Source of the DNA: Epiperipatus broadwayi
Taxonomy: Eukaryota; Animalia; Onychophora
Direction: 5' to 3'
NCBI GenBank assembly: GCA_028023455.1
Contig: JAQFVV010000011.1
Coordinates: 2,728,001-2,792,000 of the forward strand
DNA: 64,000 bases
Shown here one piece after another: positions 38,586-51,630 of the stretch (position 1 is its first letter; the number at the start of each line of letters is the position of its first letter). The notes under the pieces were generated by a model. The model was not told the DNA's origin. It saw nothing but the letters and a program-made list of their open reading frames with translations, and searched no databases. Position numbers and translations under genes: made by a program.

Positions 38586-39277
38586 TCCTCAGAATACTAT
38601 CTGTAGAAGATATGATAATACATTCAAGGCAGAGGAGGTTTCCATTGCAAACATTACAATCTTTTCAAGAAAAAAGCAAACAAATTAGATAGAAATTCTA
38701 TTTAGTATATGATTAAAAACATTGATTATAAACAATAATAAAATGCATTAAAATATATATTGAAAATATTTACATTAGCTAAAACATGATTTACTTATCT
38801 AATTTTTATTAAATTCTTGCAATACTAAAAATATCAATTTGTCCAAGAATATTTGTTAAAATAAAATAAAAATATTCACTTAAAATAATAAAACTAGTAA
38901 TCTATTCCATTGTATCAAAAATAATTTAAGTTTTTAAAATTAAATTGCATTTTTATGACAACCAAAATAATTGTTATTTTATAAAATGTATTGTTAAAAA
39001 AACCCCAAAGATTTCACATTAGATAATTATAAAAATATTTGTGCACATAATATATAAAAAGCACCAAAATATATGAAGTTAAATTTTTTTATGTGTGTAT
39101 AGGTACATTTTAACATAATTCAATGACTCCAGCAGTTTGATGCAATAGTAGACTGATATGAAAACTAAGGTTTCTAGATCAAAGCTCAATCATTAGGATG
39201 ATTTCATATCAGTAACTATATTTTAAAGTCATAGCTACTATTTAATTTTATTATGCACTGTATTAAAACACATCCTT

Positions 39278-39345
39278 GTATGGTTTAGCAGAGTTCCTAG
39301 AGCATCTAACTTGGGATCGAGATGTCCCGGGATCAATTCTGGCAA
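39278..39345 (+). mobile_element. tRNA-Pro-like SINE head
   Basis: ttgggatcgagatgtcccgggatcaattctgg versus tRNA-Pro TTGGGTGCGAGAGGTCCCGGGTTCAAATCCCGG. Confidence 0.6.
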
Positions 39346-40640
39346 TATAGGGTATGGTGTTCGAACTTTTTGTAAACTATTGAGCTATAAAGCCATATTT
39401 ATTTATTTTTTATATTAAACTCATGCTTGTTTTTAATACTTTAAAAATGTTTATTCATTAATTATAATTTTTATTCAATTGACATTTTTTTAAAATTAGA
39501 TGTTCAAAGTATATAAACATTTTGAATTTGTGTTAATGAGTTAAATTTTTTGTCATAGAACACCACAATACTTTCTTATTTTTTATATGAGATTTTTTAT
39601 TTAAGAGGAGCTTTAAGAAACCATTTATCCTCATTGTTCAAGATAAAGCTATTTTGCCAATTTGAATCCTTTTAAAGAGTCAGTTGCATATAAAAATAAG
39701 TCTATTCTGGGATTTAATAAAAAGAACAATCCTGGTTGCCTCTTTGAAAATGATTCTATTATTAGATATTTTACTCAAAAGAAACATGTACCATTTGGCA
39801 AAAGAAAAAAATACATTGAATGTAAAGCTTCATAAGGAATGCAGAGATTTAAAAATAAAAGTTCAACTCAAAGAAGTCATATTCATTCACTGATAAGAGC
39901 CATTAAAGTTCTTTTCTTTAGATATTATAATTAATATATGGATTTAAAAACATACTATAATAAAATTAAATTTATAGATGGAACTCTTTTAATTGATAAA
40001 TATTTTCTGAACAGATAGAGAAAATATTTTGATCATCTTTGAGATGATGGACTTTGATAACAGAACAGATTTTTTTTACTTATTAATTCTCTCAATAAAC
40101 TTAATAAAGTTAAATACAATTTTTATATTTTTAAAAACAGAAAGGCTACAAGTCCTAGTGATATATCTGAAAAAGTTTTAAAGTAATGTAGTGACATATT
40201 GGCTTCAAAATTATTGAAATTCTTTCTAAATATATGGACCCACAATGTATATTCTACTTTATAAAAATAAAAATGATATAAATGCAGTGACCACTTACAA
40301 ATGAGAATGGTCTGATATAATTCCAGAAATAAATAAATAATAATATATTAGAGATGAAATTGGCAATAACTACACACATTAATCCATGAGTCACAAATAA
40401 ATTCGCATATATCACACATGGACCCTTTAATCTGGTTATTAATTTTTTTACGATGATGTCTTCTTTCAACTTCTCTTAAGAGTTACCTTTACTTTTTGAA
40501 CTATTTCCAGACAATTCTTAATTACAATTCTACTTTGCATTCTATAATTGACAGAAATCAATATTGCATTTTTTAAAAGTATATTTGTGATAGTTTTTAT
40601 AATATAAGGAAGATCTCTCTTTCTCCCATGAAAACCACAC

Positions 40641-40730
40641 TCTATCCATCTGTCTATCTATCTATCCATCCATCTATCTACCTACCTACCTACCCACCCA
40701 CCTAATCTATCTGTCTGTCTGTTCTATCTA
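40641..40730. repeat. Compound tetranucleotide microsatellite (ATCT/ATCC/ACCT/GTCT)
   Basis: Seen directly. Confidence 0.9.
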
Positions 40731-42367
40731 ACTATATAAATATTTTTAGGAACAATTTTACACTTAATTCTAAACAGAAGGCAATCAGTCCTTTACACAT
40801 ACACTGTGCTGTTATATTAAATCAATGTTGTTTTGTTGAATGTAAGAAAACTCTCAGTCCAAGACACAAGATAGAGACTTTGAAAAAATAAAAGTGTTTG
40901 TCTTATCTTTATAGCTAAATTCATCTTAAGATGGCTGTGCTCTATTTTGTTTAAAATTACAGTTTGAAACCACACTAGTAAATCTATTAATCAATTAATT
41001 CATTTACTTAATATTCCCAATCTAATGCAGATATGGTTTTACAATAATATATCCTATAGTATCGCATCTAGCAAAATAAATAAATTATTGATTGATATTA
41101 TGTCTTGTCACTACATATTTAGAATCTTAAGAAGCATTCATAATTTTAAATTTTCTAATATTTTTGTTATAGTTTAATGGGAATCCAGGTGTTACTTTCC
41201 TATAACAAATGGCCATGTAACAGTTATATAAATAACTAATTTAATCACAGAGGTTATATATTATGATGAAATATGCTTTTTTAATTTATTAAATATATAA
41301 ATAACAGATTGGAGTCTCCGTTTCACCTTAATGTCCAATACACCTTCTTACCTAAAGGTTATCAAGATTAGAATAAATTAGTTCACATTCTCAAGTTGAA
41401 AACAATCCAGGTTAATAATTGTTGAATTTTATTTTTCATCTTTGACTACTAAAGAATTTAGACATCTAATTATTAATTCAAAGCATGTGAAGATCATATA
41501 AAAAATATTCTGTAGATTATTTTTTTGAATTCACAAAAATATGATGTCATTCAAATATTGTAAATCAAAAATCAAAAAGATGAAACGCCTACTTTCATTT
41601 TTAATTCATTCATATTTAAAATCCTGTCACCAAACCTGAATCTCTTTTTAATAACTACTTCAGGAAACATTCTATAAACAAGACAATCACAAAAATGGAG
41701 ACAGGGTTGGAATTAATATTTATATCCTTGTTTAATACCAGCGTTTATTTCAAATTCCTCAAAAATTATATGACTCTCTTTCATTTCTTTATGTTAAAAA
41801 TTGTGCTATATCTAATTACATTTGGTAAACAACCAGTTAATTTCAAGCACTTACACAAATTAATTGAGCCAAATGTATTGACCAAATCAATAAAAGCAAT
41901 ATATAAAATAATTATACATTTATTCTTGACTTTTTCTTTTTCATTTTCCAATTCAACAAACCCATAGGATTTCTTGATATTCTAAAGCCACATTATAGCT
42001 CTGGTCACCAGACATCCATGACTGGAAGTGATATATTCAACAAATCCATGGAAGTATTTTTATTATAGTAAATAATAGTTGCATTTCACAGTAGTGCTTG
42101 CAGATTTTTTAACTTTACTTTTATAAATCAGAATAATATGCAAAGTAATGGATTATTTATGGATTGGGAGTTCATATAAAAGTTTGAGCTTTGGAAATGT
42201 CAAGGTTGGGTCACACTCCATGGACTTGAACTTATAAATAAATAAATAAATATATATATATATATATATGTCCACAGATGGCGTCCTACCAAAAACACCT
42301 ATCAAGCGTATTTTCGTTTACATAAACGTCAGAGTAGTTAGTATTCACTATCTCTAACTATAATCCA

Positions 42368-42406
42368 CTTTGATCATGTTTCAAGCTTTTGCTATCGTCA
42401 GGAAAG
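42368..42406 (-). ncRNA. Second family E HHR with small deletions
   Basis: CTTTC-CTGACGA-tAGC aaaa GCTt-GAAA-CATGA-TC-AAAG; core intact, stems I and III shortened. Confidence 0.7.
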
Positions 42407-42747
42407 ACAGGATAAAGAAACAGATCAAATCAAACCGGCGTTTAGAAACAATTTCTCGCTGCAAGCGGAATTTTAGACCTAATGTCAAACTCAGCATAGC
42501 AAACCAGATAGCTAATGGGTCTGATCTCAGTTCAGCATCACCACATAGTAGAAGCCTCTGCAATCTATATCATTGCAAGAAAGACCTCAAATGTACATTT
42601 ACGATAAACAAAAATGCAAGTTAAAAAACTTGCTAACGCTTGTATTTATGTCCACAGATGGCTCCTACCAAAAACACCTATCAAGCGTATTTTCGTTTAC
42701 ATAAACGTCAGAGTAGTTAGTATTCACTATCTCTAACTATAATTCCA

Positions 42748-42791
42748 CTTTCAGATCATGATTTCAAGCTATTTGCTATCGTCAGTGAAAG
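42748..42791 (-). ncRNA. Intact minimal type-I HHR (family E)
   Basis: CTTTCA-CTGACGA-tAGC aaata GCTt-GAAA-TCATGA-TC-TGAAAG; 6-bp stem I, ATCATGAT palindrome, cleavage after AUC at 42754. Confidence 0.9.
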
Positions 42792-43656
42792 ACAGGAATA
42801 AAGAAACTAGCTCTCGTAGGGGATTTTTTATTTTTTTTATCATATATATATATAACAAGATATTAAAAATAAATAGAAATCAATCCCTAATTTATGGAAA
42901 GAGAGAATTCCAAAATGTGTGTGGAAATTCAGATGTTCAATGTTTCTAGATTATCTAAGAAGTGCAGATTATTTGCAAAATACATGCATAGTAAGAGAGT
43001 GTGTTCTGAGTTTGAGCACTTGTTGATGGTTGTGAGATGGTGAGGCTCTGAAAGACATGCTAATAAGAGTATTAAATATAGTAATATATGTGTGAGTATA
43101 CAGACACGTACATACTATGACTAAGAAATAACACTTGAACAGTAGCAGTAGTAGTTTGCAATTATGGACCAATCTCACCACAACTTATTTTAGCATTTGA
43201 ATTTTAGAACTTCATTATAAATTTTTATAACCCCTTTACATTAATTCTAGGACAGTAGTACATTTTAGCACAGTCTGAATTATGAAAAATAATAACCAGA
43301 ACTTAGTAGTAACCAAATTGAAGACTGCTGAGATCTAAAAGATAATTTATTAAGAATTTGCACATTTCAGAAGTTTTATTAAACAAAGAATAGTTTTCAC
43401 TTACAAACCTAATAAATTATCCAGAACAAACAAAAGATGCTGGTATTTAAAGTGGTAGAACATTAAAATATTTTTATCTTTGCCAATAGTGTGTTTTAAC
43501 TTAAATAATTGGAAATTCAGTTTCTTTTTTTAAATAAATATAATTACAATTATTTTCTTTTGCTTGTATAATGTTTTTTACTTTATTTGCTAATTTTAAA
43601 GTTGCACATTTTTACTCAATCAATTTTATTCAGTATTGGCAAAAAAAACCAGTATA

Positions 43657-44715
43657 CACCGGGGTCTTGTTTTATGCGGATTATTTTAATGCGATTTTGA
43701 AGTTACGCGATTCATGTTTCTTCTTAATATTTTTCATATTTCACTATATTTATTAGATATCAAGAAATTTAAATTATTAATAACTCATTTTGACTTGAAA
43801 TACTTTTTTTTTTAAAAAAAATATAATGTTATATTAGCAGCTAACGTGAATATGGCCTGAAGCTATATTTAGAATAAATAACTTACTTATACTAATGAGT
43901 AAATAATAATAATAGATTTATACTTACATATAAAAATATCACAATAAATATTCAAAAATTTTAAACTTTTAAAATATATTTTGTTAGGTATAACAGAAAT
44001 AAATAATGTAGATTTTTAAAATAAATAACGAAGATTTTATTGATTTTATAAACTGAAAATAATATTTTTAATGATAATGTATAATCTTTTTGTTTTGATT
44101 GCGATCCTCATTTTTTTTAATATAGAAACAAAATGTGAACATTTAAAATTTATTTCAGTAGTAAAAATCAGTTGTCAACAGAAACCATTAACACAGTACA
44201 AGACTGAAATTGGCATTAGTTGTGTAAATGGGATAGAGCAGAATATGGTAAAAATTAGAGTGGGGAATGGAAAATACAGTGGCTAACAAGTTTATCTGGG
44301 CATAATTGCTGAGAAATTCTTGATTTTGTTCAAGAAGAAGCTACATCGCATCGATGAATCTGATTTCTTACCACTTTACATATGAACCACACATTCGAAA
44401 ATAGCGATAATGATTAAAATACGTATGAAAAAAATGTTAAATTAAATACTGTAGTTAATAAAAAAAGGTAAAAAAAGTTTGTCTTGAACCAATTTTTTTC
44501 AAATATTTGATATTTTTTATTAGTCATACTTTATTTCCTTATTTTTTTAATGTGAATTTTAAAGTATTTTTCCTTGTTGCTTTGCTTTTATGTGAATTCT
44601 GAAAATTATAGACCCTATGCCCCATTTTTCAAGGTAAGTTAAGTCTATTTTTGTGTGATTTTTTTTAATGGGTTTTCTGTGGAACCTATTTACCGAATAA
44701 AATGAGACCCAGGTG
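43657..44715 (+). mobile_element. Non-autonomous Tc1/mariner (Tigger-like) element, copy 1
   Basis: TIR CACCGGGGTCTTGTTTT / AAAATGAGACCCAGGTG, TA on both sides; homologous to 52324-53300 in the opposite orientation. Confidence 0.85.
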
Positions 44716-46166
44716 TAATATATTATTATTTGCTTTCATTCCATTTACTGCCCTATTGCAGCAATAACAGATTAAGTTAAGGTGTGTGTGTGTGTATGTA
44801 AATGTGTATACCTTTTTTACCATTTTATAAACAATTCTAAAGATTAGGGATAAAGACTATCAGTAATGTTCTTAAAATAAAAAAAGCAAACATTGCAATG
44901 GATGTACAACTCATTATATAAATACCCTGTGCAGTTTGGCACAGACAGTAATGCATCAGACTTGGGAAAACTTCTCATGAACTTCAGAGCAATAAACCAT
45001 TAGCATTTTTTTAATTAGATAAATAATTATAGACATATAATGAGACATAAACATGATTAATTGAACACCAACTTGACTTTTTCTTTTTAATTATTAGACA
45101 ATATATTTACTCACTTTAAATAGATTTTAAGCATATAGTATTTATAATATTCTGAATGAATTAATTATGCACTTACATAAGGAAATTAAATGACCATAAT
45201 TCCAAAAAAAGAAAAAAAAAGGTATTTAGAAGCTGACCAAGCCCTGATTACATAGCTAGATATTATCAGATGGAGAGAAGTAGAAGTTAGGTGATATAAG
45301 AGTTCTGAAGAAGATTGTTGGGGCAATCAAAACTGTAAAGTATAAAAGAGGGTGGTAAATAAAGCATTGTGTAACAATCATAAAGTACATGGATGATTTA
45401 GTAACAGATGGAGCTTTGAGAAAAAAATTTTTAATTTGTCTGAATTGTTTGATCATAGACTTGCATTATACAATAATAATAAATATATGACTATGAAATC
45501 AATTGCTAATTTGTAGAATTATATCCAAAATAATATTCCTAACAATGAAAGCTTTTATTTGCTATCCACGGTGTAAATAGTGTATGTAATATTCTAAAAT
45601 ATTCCAGTCCAACCTACTTTGAGAGGTTTAAGGCAGTAGAAAGTGATGAACAAGAATTGACAATTCACAGATTACAGGTCAGCCTGTCACTTCTGGTGTC
45701 TAGGTACTATGTTTGCAGAGTACTGTAACATTACATTATGAGTTTTTCTCTGACAAAAGCAATGAATTTTGCATAATAATAAACATAGATGGATTTAAGC
45801 AAAAATATTAAATTTGATATTGTAATAAAATGATCAGTCTTATGTAAGGCTTTAAAAAATAGAATAGTTTATCATTTAAAAATTTATAAGAAGTTTGACA
45901 TGAACCACAGAATTTGAAGTCCATAGTTTGCTACTCTAACAAACCATACAGACCAAAATGGTTTATTACTTTGGAGTTTATAAGATGTTTGAACATTGAA
46001 ATCATTTAGCTGGGACCTGATCCAAAAACTTTAAGAATACTAATTCTACGACTGAATAAAATCATGCCAGATAAAATATTTTATTGCTTGGGAAGAAAAT
46101 AACCAAGCTGGATAATGATCCATGGACTTTGAGTTCTAAAATCTGTCATTCTGTAATTGCATGAAA

Positions 46167-46755
46167 TCATCATCATCAACCATCATCAATCCACTGCAGG
46201 ATGAAGATCTCTCCAAGTTCAGTCCATCTTTTCCTATCTTTAGCTTCTCTTCTCCACACCACCCCTAAACACTTTCTTATTTCATCCATCCATCTCACAT
46301 GTGGTCTCTTCCTGAGTCTTTTACAATCTCTTGGAATCCAGTTTAAAATTTCAATTGTCCACCTATTATCATATCTTCTAACAATATGTCCAGCCCAACT
46401 ACACTTCTGTCTTTTAATTTTTTCAATGAGGTCAGTAACACCTGTTTGTTCTCTTACCCACACATTGCGTTTTCGATCCCTTCTTGTTACTCCCAACATG
46501 CATCTCTCCATATTTTTTGAGTGGTCTAAAGTCTCTGTATTGCTCTTCTATTAAATGTCCAAGTCCCAGATCCACAAGTAAGAACTGACAAAACACATTT
46601 ATTAAAAACTTTCCTTTTCAAACACATAGGTATATTTCCTTTTAGTATCAAGTTATTTCTACCCAAAGCACTCCAATCAAGTTTAATTCTATGATTAATT
46701 TCATCCATTATATTTCCATCTGTATTAATAATCTGACCAAGGTATTTGTAACTGT
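46167..46755 (-). mobile_element. 5'-truncated RTE-clade LINE with (GAT)n tail
   Basis: YKYLGQ...EINHRIKLDWSALG...CLKRKVFNKCVLSVLTCGSGTW, then the same C-terminus as the 38.2 kb copy. Confidence 0.9.
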
Positions 46756-47089
46756 TATAAAGCATTAATATACTTAAAATGCCAAAAAACTTAGAATTTC
46801 AGCTTACATAATATGTTTAATTTACCAATAAATAGAAATAAATAGTAAAAATTTAGTCATCACTCAGCTTCAAATCCAGTGAGTGAAAATTTTTTCAATG
46901 GGTTAGCTCTGCTTCTGATCTACTAAAAAAAGACTGTTTACATAATTTTGAAATTTCTTTTTGCACTAAAAGTTAATAAGTTGTAGTTGAAAAATATGTG
47001 AATTAAATTTAACCAAATTGAGGTATTTATCTGAAGAGTTGTGTTGATGGCATTTTGGTAGTAATTATTTGTTAGTAATAGCTCACATG

Positions 47090-47800
47090 TTAGTGGATAC
47101 CATTGTTCAAGTGCTATTATTCTCCTCTCTTTTTCAGTTGGGGCTTGATCAAAGACAATATTGGCATGGGACTCAATCCTGTACTTTTAGTTTATGAATA
47201 TTGAATTTAAAGTGATGCTCAAACCAACAAGGCTATTCTTCTAAAGGCAACATTTCACTTAATTGTTTGTAAAGATTCACCTGATTTTTCTATTTTTTTC
47301 TAAAAGCAAAGTTAATTAGTGGCTTCCAGATTATTGATTATTACGCTAGGTTAACTTATTGGGTTAATTGCCATTGTCACATGAACAGTTTCTTTGAATT
47401 TTCTTCTTTGCACATTCTCTACCCAAAATTTATATATTTTTCCAATTGAACATATGTTCATTGATGTATACATGATTTACTACTTCAGATATTCTTGTGT
47501 TTCTTCTTTAGTCATCAGTTTGAGACCTTTTAATCACTTTTCAGTGTGCTCTTCCAATCATTTTCAATGCCATGACTGTTCTCACCAATATCCAACCTTT
47601 CACATTCACATATTTCACATATTTCACATAGTTTTTGTTTTTCAGGGTTTCAAATTTATGCTTGGAAATGATAGTGTTCTTTATAGTATAACTTGGCTTT
47701 GGAAAGCTACTATGATGTTATATTTGATTGCAGGTTTTCTTTGTTTGTCTGCTATTTCTGGTATGTATGGATACACTACATTGACAATCAATATACTATC
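47090..47800 (-). mobile_element. PLE GIY-YIG remnant with A/B boxes and decayed HHR (family C)
   Basis: Broken frames CERLDIGE and EVVNHVYINEHMFNWKNI*ILGRE; downstream TAGCCTTGTTGG, GGATTGAGTCC and caactgaaaaagagagg. Confidence 0.7.
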
Positions 47801-48029
47801 AGAACAGCTTTTCAAAGTCATATAATATGATGAGGAATCCTAATATCTACAAAATCTAAACATATATATATTGAAAAACAACTGAATCTGTTAAATAGCT
47901 TGTAAATGTGAAAAGATATATATTTGTGATACCAGTTACCTCATTAAAAAGTGACTGACATTTCACAAATTAATGATTAGAAAAGAAAAAAAAAGATGTA
48001 TCTAAAGTAGCAGAGCATATATATATATA

Positions 48030-48400
48030 CCAATAGACTTATGTTCAATTGGGAAAATGCAAAATATTGGATAGAGAGGGCAAAAATACACAGAAGAAAA
48101 TTCAAAAAAGCTGCTCACATGAAAATGGTAAATAGCACCATAGATCAACCTACTGTAGTAATTCATAACACATGAAAGCCAATAATTAGCCTTTCTTCTA
48201 TGAAAAGGTGGAGAAATCTCACAGATAAGTATATGAAATTTCTACTGACTGTTGCCTTTGATATAGTCACAAATCTAAATGTTTGGGTTCATTTTCTATG
48301 CTAATACTGTCACTGGTTAGGCCAGAAATACATGAAAAAAGAGAGAATAATAATACCATTGGAAACATTATGTTATACAGTAATGTGTGTGCTATTACTA
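48030..48400 (+). mobile_element. PLE GIY-YIG C-terminus and 3' repeat (family C)
   Basis: NWENAKYWIERAKIHRRKFKKAAHM...IDQPTV; homologous to the reverse complement of 47330-47480; B-box remnant and decayed HHR near 48330-48370. Confidence 0.7.
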
Positions 48401-48884
48401 ACAGTTGTATGAATTTGATAAGTTTAAATAAAGGATGAATTTTTTTAAAAGACATTTAACATTTAATAGATGATGAAAATATTCCAATATGCAAATTTTT
48501 GCTAAATTGACTATAGGTTTGAGATTAAGTTTAATTAAAACTAAAGTATATTTTAACTTAACTATGCTGTAGTTGTGGTTTTCATTCTCATACATTTTAC
48601 ATCTCACAGTAGCAAAATATTTGTAATTAATTAGTTCCTGCTGCTTAATACATTTATATTGTAACTGCAAATAAGTAGCCCAAAATGGAATAAAAAAAGG
48701 TAATGAAATATTATTGAAAAAATATTGCATATATATTTACATTCAAAACTAAAAAGATACAAGAAATCAAATATTTATTGTGAGTGTGAAAAGGTCCTAT
48801 CTTCCCTATTCCCCCTATGTTGCAGGTTTAGTACTCAAGTACCATTAATTGATATGTATATATCCTACATGGTTTGTCATAATC

Positions 48885-48940
48885 AGTATAGCATCCAACT
48901 TGGGATTGTGATGTTCCAGAATCGATTCTGGTACTCAAAC
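48885..48940 (+). mobile_element. Degenerate tRNA-Pro-like SINE head
   Basis: gcatccaacttgggattgtgatgttccagaatcgattctgg matches the 39.3 kb and 1.8 kb copies. Confidence 0.5.
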
Positions 48941-49028
48941 TTTTTCATTAAAGTTTCAAGATTTTCTATCTTAATATAAACTTAGACTGATTATATTATA
49001 TATATGTGTGTGGGATATGATGATCTGG

Positions 49029-49072
49029 ACCAACTGATGAGTGCTAGTTCAGCATGAAATACATATACCGGA
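49029..49072 (+). ncRNA. Family A HHR, stem I damaged
   Basis: ACCAA-CTGATGA-GTGCT agttc AGCAT-GAAA-TACATA-TA-CCGG. Confidence 0.6.
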
Positions 49073-50141
49073 GATCATTTATATTTTTCACATGTGTGTG
49101 ATTATGTACATCGGTTGTATGAAATAGATCAGATAGCCAAGGGAGCTTGAAAGTGTAGGTTCAAATCCCTTATAATTAGTTGATATCAGATAAAGCAAAC
49201 AAAGTAAAAATAAATCAATCATCCAATTAGTTCTCAGTAGTTTGGCAAAAAATAATTAATATTATTGTCAAAAATATAATGCAAAATATAATTGATTAAC
49301 CATTAGATGTATTTATAAATAATAATTAATATTAATTCTTTTATAAATTTTTCTGATAGAAGTAGCAATAAAAAATTTTAAAAATTGACTTTAGCAGGCA
49401 GTTTATTTATTTATTTATTTTTAGTTAAAGTGACGTCTACTATAAATGCTGAGAAATTGATGAAGGTGCAAAATAGCAGTAATCAAAATAAATGACTCAA
49501 ACTTTTGTTTGATTAAATTTAGCTGATCTGAACAGCTTAACCTTAACACTGAAAAATTTCAGAACTAGAAAGTTCTTGTATTCATTTCATCTGTGGTTAA
49601 AAAAAGATTCCAGTTTGTTCAATCAAGTCCACAACTTTGGTCTTTACATGTCATGTGGTTTTCTAAACCCAAGTGACGAAGATGAATAAAAATAGAAATA
49701 AATTCATTTCTGAATAAAAATAAAAGCAATCTTTTTTGCAATTCAAGTCAACTAAACTAAATATGAAAAAATGTCAGTTGCAATTATTATATGTAATATA
49801 TACTTTTTTATTATAGTTACCATACTAGTTGCTCTGCAGTATATATACACTTTAAGAGCAACTTCTTCAGTCAAATCCCTTTAGCAATTTACCAATCTGT
49901 GCAAATGTGACAACTCACTTGACTTATATTAATGTTATGGTGGCCATTTTTATATCAAACTGAGGAAATTTAATGCTTCAGTCATTTATATAAATTAACC
50001 TATTTATTGTTAGAAACTGAAATAAAATATTTTTGACATTTAAATTATTTTTAAACTGAGTATCTCTTTTTTAAAAAAAAAAAAATCACTTATTATGCAC
50101 ATTATTAATAGCTTTGCTTAAATGTTTCAAACTTAGCTAAG

Positions 50142-50251
50142 TAAAGGTTTATTCTGTATGTTAAGTTTGTTAACTGTAGCTTAGCACGCTTTCGGCTAAT
50201 GAACCATACTCAGCTATCATTAGCAAAATTAACATACAGAATAAACCTTTA
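50142..50251 (-). mobile_element. Mini fold-back (23-bp perfect arms) enclosing a family B HHR remnant
   Basis: taaaggtttattctgtatgttaa / ttaacatacagaataaaccttta; inside on minus TAGCT-GAGTAT-GGT tcatta GCC-GAAA-GCGTGC-TA-AGCTA (50177-50216). Confidence 0.75.
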
Positions 50252-50258
50252 GATATGA

Positions 50259-50352
50259 TATGCTGAACTATTTCCATCATCTATAAGTGAATGTTGAAAG
50301 TATAGAACTACTTTCAACATTCGCTCATAGATGATGGAAATAGTCCAACATA
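50259..50352. repeat. Hairpin of the TTGGACTATTTCCATCATCTA family
   Basis: ~43-bp arms around a tagaac loop. Confidence 0.8.
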
Positions 50353-50754
50353 CTATATCTAATAATTTACTATCATCCCAAACCTTCAGTAGAATAAACT
50401 TTTATTTAATTAACATTGGAGACATTTAAACAAATCAATTACAAGTAGGATAAGGAAAAGGACAATAACCTGAATATGCACATTATTGTCTAAAGCTAGA
50501 TCACAATATTTAACAAACTATTTGTAAACATTAGTGAAAATAGCATAAGTCACAAATTATGAGTTATCATAATTAAACACTGTCACATAATCTGAATGCC
50601 TCAACCCTGCCTCAAGACCATTATTTAAGACTTTAATATGTTTATAAATGTATACAAGTCACACAATGAACTTCTTTATAAATCTTGATTTATTCATGAA
50701 TTATTATAACATACATGTTTGTATGTTTGTTATTTAGTTTATGAATATAGATGA

Positions 50755-51630
50755 TAATAATCAAACCTTAAGCTATGAACAATATCAATCTGTAGTCAAG
50801 GCAACCTCCTTTAATAATAAAGATGGTACCACCTCTATTTATGGTCTGATATATTTTTATTGACACTAAAGATTGCTGGTTAGACCATAGATAAAGTGAT
50901 ATCTTTATTGTTAAAGAAGATTGCCTTGATTACACAAGTTGAGATTGTTGATAGCTTAAGGGTTGATGTTATAATCTACATTTATAAACCTATTAAGAGC
51001 CTTGAATAATTGGCTTTATTGTCTTAAAAATATATAAAAATTTGAAGTTATTATTGAGTTTATTAGTCTCTGCTTTCTGAATTTAGAAGTTATAATTGAT
51101 TATTTATTAGTCTGCTTTTAAAACAGGTTATATTTGCCTGATTAATGAGGTTTGTTTAAACTTCTTTGCATTATAAATCTCACACTTCTTGATCAAGTTG
51201 CAATCTTTAGTATCTATATTAACATGTCAGATCATAGATAAAGGTGATCCTACCTTTATTGTTAAAGAGGGTTGCCTTGACTACAGGTTGAGATTGTTGA
51301 TAACTTAAGGGTTGATTATTATCATTTCATTTATAAATTTATTAAAGCCTTGAGTAATTGGCTTTATTGTCTTAGTAAATATACATACTTTATATGGAAT
51401 TTGGAAGTTATAAATAACTATTTATTAGTCTTCTTTCAGAACGGATTATATTTTCCTGATTAATGAGATTTGTATAAACTTCTTTGTATTATTAGTCTCA
51501 CACTCTTTGGTCAAATTGCAATCTTTTATATAAATATATCAGATTATAAGTAAAGATGATGTCACCTTTATTGTTAAAGAATGCCTTGACTCTAACGTTG
51601 AGATTGTTGATAGCTTAAGGATTTATTGTT
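50755..51630 (-). repeat. ~310-350-bp tandem units plus an inverted partial unit; possible PLE RT remnant
   Basis: Units start near 50882, 51230 and 51541; inverted piece 50755-50850; minus frames give KATLFNNK and VGSPLSMI. Confidence 0.55.

Larger units (their letters stand above)
42269..42807 (-). mobile_element. Young non-coding retrozyme-like element: ~155-bp direct repeats, period 380, HHR in each
   Basis: Repeats 42269-42422 and 42649-42807 differ only by 7 small indels; CpG-rich; no recognisable protein in the unit. Confidence 0.85.

Noticed and set aside
42269-42807. LTR/TRIM element (TG...CA, AATAAA)
   Set aside because: No primer-binding site, polypurine tract or TSD; the second repeat does not end in CA; the HHRs explain the repeats better.
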